From positions 45,088 through 109,087 of the forward strand of contig JBBAKI010000002.1 in the NCBI GenBank assembly GCA_040403595.1: a stretch of DNA of 64,000 bases, read 5' to 3'. This stretch comes from Sediminibacterium sp. (lineage in GTDB: Bacteria > Bacteroidota > Bacteroidia > Chitinophagales > Chitinophagaceae). The notes beneath the pieces are model-generated. The model was given only the letters and a program-made list of their open reading frames with translations, was not told the origin of the DNA and did no database searches. Within the stretch, counting starts at the first letter, position 1. Every line of letters begins with the position of its first letter. The translations under genes were made by a program, and so were the position numbers. Positions 59,317 to 64,000 of the stretch are shown here, one piece after another.

Positions 59317-60243
59317 ATGCAAGAATTACCCGTTGTACCTAAAATAGATCCTACTACTTCTAAAATACAAAAGCCTAACTGGTTACGTGTAAAACTACCT
59401 ATTGGGGAAAGTTATAAGCACGTTAGAGGCCTTGTAGACACCCATAAACTTCATACCATTTGCGAAAGTGGCAATTGCCCTAACATGGGAGAGTGCTGGG
59501 GTGAAGGAACGGCTACATTTATGATACTCGGTAATGTGTGTACGCGCAGTTGCGGATTTTGTGCGGTGGCCACCGGGCGTCCTGCTCCCGTCGATTTTGA
59601 CGAGCCTCAGCGCGTGGCAGAAGCCATTCATTTAATGAAGGTGAAACATGCGGTTATCACAAGTGTAGATAGAGATGAATTAAAAGATGGTGGTTCTATC
59701 ATTTGGTACAATACCATTAAAGCCGTTAAAGCATTAACGCCTGATACAACACTTGAAACATTGATCCCTGATTTTAAAGGCATTACAGATCAAATACAGC
59801 GCCTCATTGATGCAGCACCTGAAGTAGTGAGCCATAATATGGAAACCGTGGAAAGACTTACACGTCAAGTACGTGTACAGGCAAAATACCGCCGTTCATT
59901 GGGGGTTTTAGAAACCTTAAAAAAAGGAGGCATGCGCACCAAAACAGGCATGATGCTTGGGTTAGGTGAAACCAAAGAAGAAGTGGTTCAATCCATGAAA
60001 GATTTGGTAAACGTAGGTTGTGATGTACTAACCCTTGGTCAATATTTACAGCCTACAAAAAAACACTTAGCAGTGCAACGTTTTGTTCACCCCAATGAGT
60101 TTGCTGAATTAAGAGAGATTGGATATGAAATTGGTTTTGATTATGTAGAAAGTGGGCCACTAGTTCGCTCTTCGTACCATAGCGAAAAACACGTGATAAA
60201 GGGTTGGGGCAAAGAAAAATGGTTATCTGAAAAAAGCTTATGA
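59317..60243 (+). CDS. lipA: Lipoyl synthase
   Basis: [20 protein letters not shown] and RSSY. Confidence 0.97.
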   Translation: MQELPVVPKIDPTTSKIQKPNWLRVKLPIGESYKHVRGLVDTHKLHTICESGNCPNMGECWGEGTATFMILGNVCTRSCGFCAVATGRPAPVDFDEPQRVAEAIHLMKVKHAVITSVDRDELKDGGSIIWYNTIKAVKALTPDTTLETLIPDFKGITDQIQRLIDAAPEVVSHNMETVERLTRQVRVQAKYRRSLGVLETLKKGGMRTKTGMMLGLGETKEEVVQSMKDLVNVGCDVLTLGQYLQPTKKHLAVQRFVHPNEFAELREIGYEIGFDYVESGPLVRSSYHSEKHVIKGWGKEKWLSEKSL

Positions 60244-61187
60244 AAAATACCCTCTACCTCATCTTGTTAATGTTTGCAACAACAGTAACAAATGCACAAG
60301 TTAATTGGACAAATGTAGACGTAGATTTTGGTCCACTACCAGCCACTATGCACGTTTATAAAACGACGGATGTCATAGATGGCAAACTTAATATTGCTTA
60401 TTATGTCAGCTATGATTTAAAAGATAAATCACATGCTTTATCTACAGCAGTTGGTAATGGTAAGCGCTATACGCCACAAAAATATTATGATTCTATATCC
60501 AATAAGCCACTGCTTGTTATGAATGCAACCTTCTTTGAATTTGCACACAATTCAAATTTAAATTTGGTGGTAGATGGTGGTGAAATCAAATCATATCATT
60601 TACATTCACTCCCGGGTAAAGGAAAAGATACACTCACCTACAGGCATGTGTATGGTGCTGCTTTAGGTATTTCAAAATCAAATAAGCCAGATGTAGCATG
60701 GGTTTACACCGATACTGCAGATGTCAATGTTTACGCATCGCAAACCGTGGTTCCTATGTTTAAAGATTCGATTGCTGATGTTCCTGCAAAAGAGATGCTT
60801 TCGAAAGGAGATTTTAAAAAGTGGAAAATAAAAACAGCCATTGGTGGTGGTCCTGTTTTATTACAAGATGGCGATATTAAAATTACCAATAACGAAGAAT
60901 TAAAATTTGCTGGCAAAGCCATTTTAGATAAGCATCCCCGAACAGCAGTTGGTTATACTGCAAATAATCAACTCATTATGTTTGTATGCGAAGGCCGTTT
61001 TCCGGGCCGAGCCGATGGTTTAACACTTACCCAAATGGCAGGTCTGCTAAAAGAGTTAGGTTGTGTTGAAGCCATCAATTTAGATGGCGGTGGAAGTAGT
61101 TGCTTACTTGTTAATGGTAAAGAAACCATCAAGCCTTCAGATAAAGAAGGGCAACGTCCGGTGCCAGCCGTATTTATGATTCGCTAA
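60240..61187 (+). CDS. Phosphodiester glycosidase (NAGPA/DUF2233) family secreted protein
   Basis: Signal peptide, [21 protein letters not shown] and [10 protein letters not shown]. Confidence 0.88.
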   Translation: MKNTLYLILLMFATTVTNAQVNWTNVDVDFGPLPATMHVYKTTDVIDGKLNIAYYVSYDLKDKSHALSTAVGNGKRYTPQKYYDSISNKPLLVMNATFFEFAHNSNLNLVVDGGEIKSYHLHSLPGKGKDTLTYRHVYGAALGISKSNKPDVAWVYTDTADVNVYASQTVVPMFKDSIADVPAKEMLSKGDFKKWKIKTAIGGGPVLLQDGDIKITNNEELKFAGKAILDKHPRTAVGYTANNQLIMFVCEGRFPGRADGLTLTQMAGLLKELGCVEAINLDGGGSSCLLVNGKETIKPSDKEGQRPVPAVFMIR

Positions 61188-61201
61188 TAATTTCTATCTT
61201 C

Positions 61202-62179
61202 TTATTTAAGATCCCATGCAAGTGCAGATGCACCAAGGATGGCAGCGTCTGATTCTTTTAAGTGACTCACTAAAATTTTCACTTTGTTTTGGAAAATTTG
61301 AATGAGGTTCGCTTCCATACTTTCTCTTGTAGGCTTTAATATTAAATCGCCAGCTTTTGTTAAGCCGCCAAATAATATAATGGCTTCTGGACTAGAAAAC
61401 ATAACAAAGTTGGCAAGGGCAGCACCTAAAATTGCACCCGTAGATTCAAAAATTTCTTTTGCTAATGCATCGCCTGCAATAGCTGCGTCATATACTTTTT
61501 TAGAATCAATTTGATCTGATGGGATGGATCTTAATGAACTTGGCTGGGTACTTTTTTCTAAAATTTCTAGGGTGGTTAGTCTAACACCGGTAGCTGATGC
61601 ATAAGACTCTAACGAACCTCTTTTTCCAGTGCCTTCGTGTAGTCTACCATTTGGAATAATAGTGGTATGGCCTAATTCTCCAGCAAAACCATCGTGACCA
61701 TAAATTAAATTTCCATTGGCAACGATACCGCTACCAACGCCTGTACCAAGGGTAATCATGATAAAATCTTTCATGCCCTGTGCAGCACCATACATCATTT
61801 CACCAATAGCTGCTGCGTTGGCATCATTGGTTAATACTACAGGGATTTTAAATTTATCTTCCATCATGCGGGCCAGTGGAATGATACCCTTCCAAGGAAG
61901 GTTGGGGGCGTACTCAATGGTTCCTGTGTAAAAGTTTCCATTGGGTGCGCCCACTCCAATCCCTTTGATACGGCCTATGCCACCAACATTGTCAATTAAC
62001 TTACTAAGCGCACTGTATAAGTCATCAATAAAGTCATTAACGTCAGTATGTTTACGTGTAGATATCTCACTAGAAAATAAAACGTTTCCTACGCGGTCTA
62101 CAATACCAAATTTGGTACCCGTTCCACCAATGTCAATGCCTATTGCTAATGCCTCTAATGCGCTCGTATTATTTAACAT
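61202..62179 (-). CDS. ROK-family sugar kinase, glucokinase-like
   Basis: GIDIGGT, NDANAAAIGE, TLGTGVGSG and GELGH. ATG at 62179; TTG at 62212 is the alternative. Confidence 0.92.
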   Translation of the reverse strand: MLNNTSALEALAIGIDIGGTGTKFGIVDRVGNVLFSSEISTRKHTDVNDFIDDLYSALSKLIDNVGGIGRIKGIGVGAPNGNFYTGTIEYAPNLPWKGIIPLARMMEDKFKIPVVLTNDANAAAIGEMMYGAAQGMKDFIMITLGTGVGSGIVANGNLIYGHDGFAGELGHTTIIPNGRLHEGTGKRGSLESYASATGVRLTTLEILEKSTQPSSLRSIPSDQIDSKKVYDAAIAGDALAKEIFESTGAILGAALANFVMFSSPEAIILFGGLTKAGDLILKPTRESMEANLIQIFQNKVKILVSHLKESDAAILGASALAWDLK

Positions 62180-62217
62180 GTTTGTTATTTCAATTTCGTT
62201 CAAACAATTCAATCCAA

Positions 62218-63825
62218 TTAGTGACCACCACTAACCTGCGCATCAAAATCGATGCCTTGTGTTTTTAATACTGCTTTTTGCTTAAGTGCTAAATACGCTA
62301 AAAATAAGAATCCAGCAGCTGCTAATAAATATGATTTATGCATACCTACTGCAGACATATCTCCAATAGCACCTTGTAATGGAGGAATAATCGCACCCCC
62401 TAAAATCATCATAATTAAAAACGCAGATCCTTGGCTGGTATATTTTCCTAAACCACCTACGCTTAATGAGAAAATACAAGGCCACATTACAGAGCAGCAT
62501 AATCCACCCGCCATAAATGCATAAACCGATACAATACCAGTAGCAAATACGCCCACAATCATGCATGTTGCAGCAAGTACCGATACAGCAAGTAATGTTT
62601 TAACAGGTTTTTCTTGACCATAGAAAAATGCAGCAAGTGCAACCGCAATAAATACAGCATAACCATATAAATCACTTACATCGTTGCCATACAATTGACT
62701 TACGCCTAGTACAACACCAAATGCAATAAATGGAACAACAATCATCATGATTGTTTTAAGCGTTCCTTTTAAATTAAATACGCTGATGGCACCTGTCCAT
62801 CTTCCAATCATAAGGCTACCCCAATACAAAGATACATATTTAGATATTTGACTTTCATCAAGTCCTGAGTCTGTTAAATAACCAGGCGTTTTTAATAAGG
62901 CACCAAAATTATTATCTATGGTAACTTCGACACCTACATATACAAATATGCCAATCATACCATAAATTAACTGAGGGTATTTCATAGCGCCCCAGCCATC
63001 ATTATTTTTGATGGCACTATTATTTGAGTAAAATAAAATACCTACAACCGCCACTAATGAAATAAGTAGTAAAGTAAGTTTTGGAACTTCTGTTAATTGA
63101 CCTACTACAATGATGGCACCAATTAAAAGGGTCATCATTAGTAAGGAAGAAGATGCTTTATTTGCTTTTTCAAAAGCCTCATCATTTTTACCGTCTGGTA
63201 AATTAGAGAAAGTAAAAAAAAGTGCAACTGCTGCAAAAACGCCAGCAACAATCATGTATAAAATATTAATGTTGGTAACCGTAACCACAGCTGCTTTACT
63301 ATCTGCTGTGCCAAACAAGAAAAAGCTTACAATAATAGGTCCGAGTGTGGTACCTAATGAATTGATACTTCCGCCTAAGTTTAAACGATGAGAACCCGTA
63401 GCTGGATCACCTAATGAAATAGCAAAAGGTTGTGCAGCAGTTTGTTGCAATGAAAAACCAAGCGCCACTACAAAAAACGATGCTAAAATAGCAGGGAATG
63501 AATTCGCATTTGCAGAAGGAATAATTAACAATGCGCCTACCACCGAAATAAGTAATCCGTAAATAATCCCTTTTTTGTACCCAATTTTATTGAGTAAGTC
63601 TTTTCCTAAAACGTTGGAAAAAATAAACAAAATGAGAGAGCCAATAAAATAAGCTCCATAAAACGCAGAACCAATCAATTGAGATTGAAACTGATTTAGA
63701 TTAAAATGTGTTTTACAGAAAGGGATAAAAATACTGTTAGATGCAGCAATAAATCCCCAAAAGAAAAATACAATCACAAGGGTTGCAAGTGCGCCGGTGT
63801 TGGTGGGTTGTTTAGGTTGGCTCAT
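62218..63825 (-). CDS. MFS hexose transporter (FucP/GluP family)
   Basis: FFFWGF, AFYGAYF, YKKGIIYGL, YVGVEV and ILGGAIIP. Confidence 0.9.
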   Translation of the reverse strand: MSQPKQPTNTGALATLVIVFFFWGFIAASNSIFIPFCKTHFNLNQFQSQLIGSAFYGAYFIGSLILFIFSNVLGKDLLNKIGYKKGIIYGLLISVVGALLIIPSANANSFPAILASFFVVALGFSLQQTAAQPFAISLGDPATGSHRLNLGGSINSLGTTLGPIIVSFFLFGTADSKAAVVTVTNINILYMIVAGVFAAVALFFTFSNLPDGKNDEAFEKANKASSSLLMMTLLIGAIIVVGQLTEVPKLTLLLISLVAVVGILFYSNNSAIKNNDGWGAMKYPQLIYGMIGIFVYVGVEVTIDNNFGALLKTPGYLTDSGLDESQISKYVSLYWGSLMIGRWTGAISVFNLKGTLKTIMMIVVPFIAFGVVLGVSQLYGNDVSDLYGYAVFIAVALAAFFYGQEKPVKTLLAVSVLAATCMIVGVFATGIVSVYAFMAGGLCCSVMWPCIFSLSVGGLGKYTSQGSAFLIMMILGGAIIPPLQGAIGDMSAVGMHKSYLLAAAGFLFLAYLALKQKAVLKTQGIDFDAQVSGGH

Positions 63826-63949
63826 ATCAATCGTTTAATTTGTTAGTAAGCTGTAAAATAATAATAAAATAGCTACCGAAAAAGTAAAACTAGAATTTGT
63901 GGGCTTAGAATTAGTTCTTACATTAGATGGTAAACCTATTTTTAGCGCT

Positions 63950-64000
63950 ATGGAAGTGGTTCATGTCAGTGCAGAATGTTATCCGGTAGCCAAGGCAGGA
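63950..64000 (+). CDS. glgA: Glycogen synthase, first 17 codons, runs off the right edge
   Basis: Manual translation MEVVHVSAECYPVAKAG, the start of the K-x-G-G ADP-glucose motif. Confidence 0.8.
   Translation, partial: MEVVHVSAECYPVAKAG

Overview
This is a compact, AT-rich stretch of core chromosome from an aerobic Bacteroidota organism. Protein styles, TAnnTTTG promoters, absent Shine-Dalgarno motifs and T9SS genes suggest a Chitinophagaceae-like lineage; that placement is inference. It holds about 56 CDSs, including ddl, era, der, lon, porQ, PBP1A, a PorW/SprE-like gene, sucC, metK, rlmB, miaE, trhO, purC, pdhB, lepB, cdd, ogt, topA, fdx, iscX, lipA, a ROK kinase/MFS pair and the start of glgA. 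It also holds three TonB-dependent receptors, an initiator tRNA-fMet, a TPP riboswitch and many intrinsic terminators. Three genes are missing from the supplied ORF track: a partial acyl-CoA reductase at the left edge, a 58-aa DTT-repeat lipoprotein, and a partial glgA at the right edge. I found no mobile element, prophage, CRISPR array or defence island, and no clearly novel multi-gene system can be proven from sequence alone. The best leads are: (1) a half-length GT5 protein lacking the KxGG motif, paired with a sequon-dense DUF4270 lipoprotein; (2) a tiny mucin-like lipoprotein; (3) AtpZ/AtpI-like genes and an M23 stub coupled to a SprT protease instead of atpB; (4) an orphan fdx-iscX pair upstream of a DGGGP-synthase-like prenyltransferase; (5) several unexplained regulatory structures. 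Family assignments come from motif recognition, not database searches.
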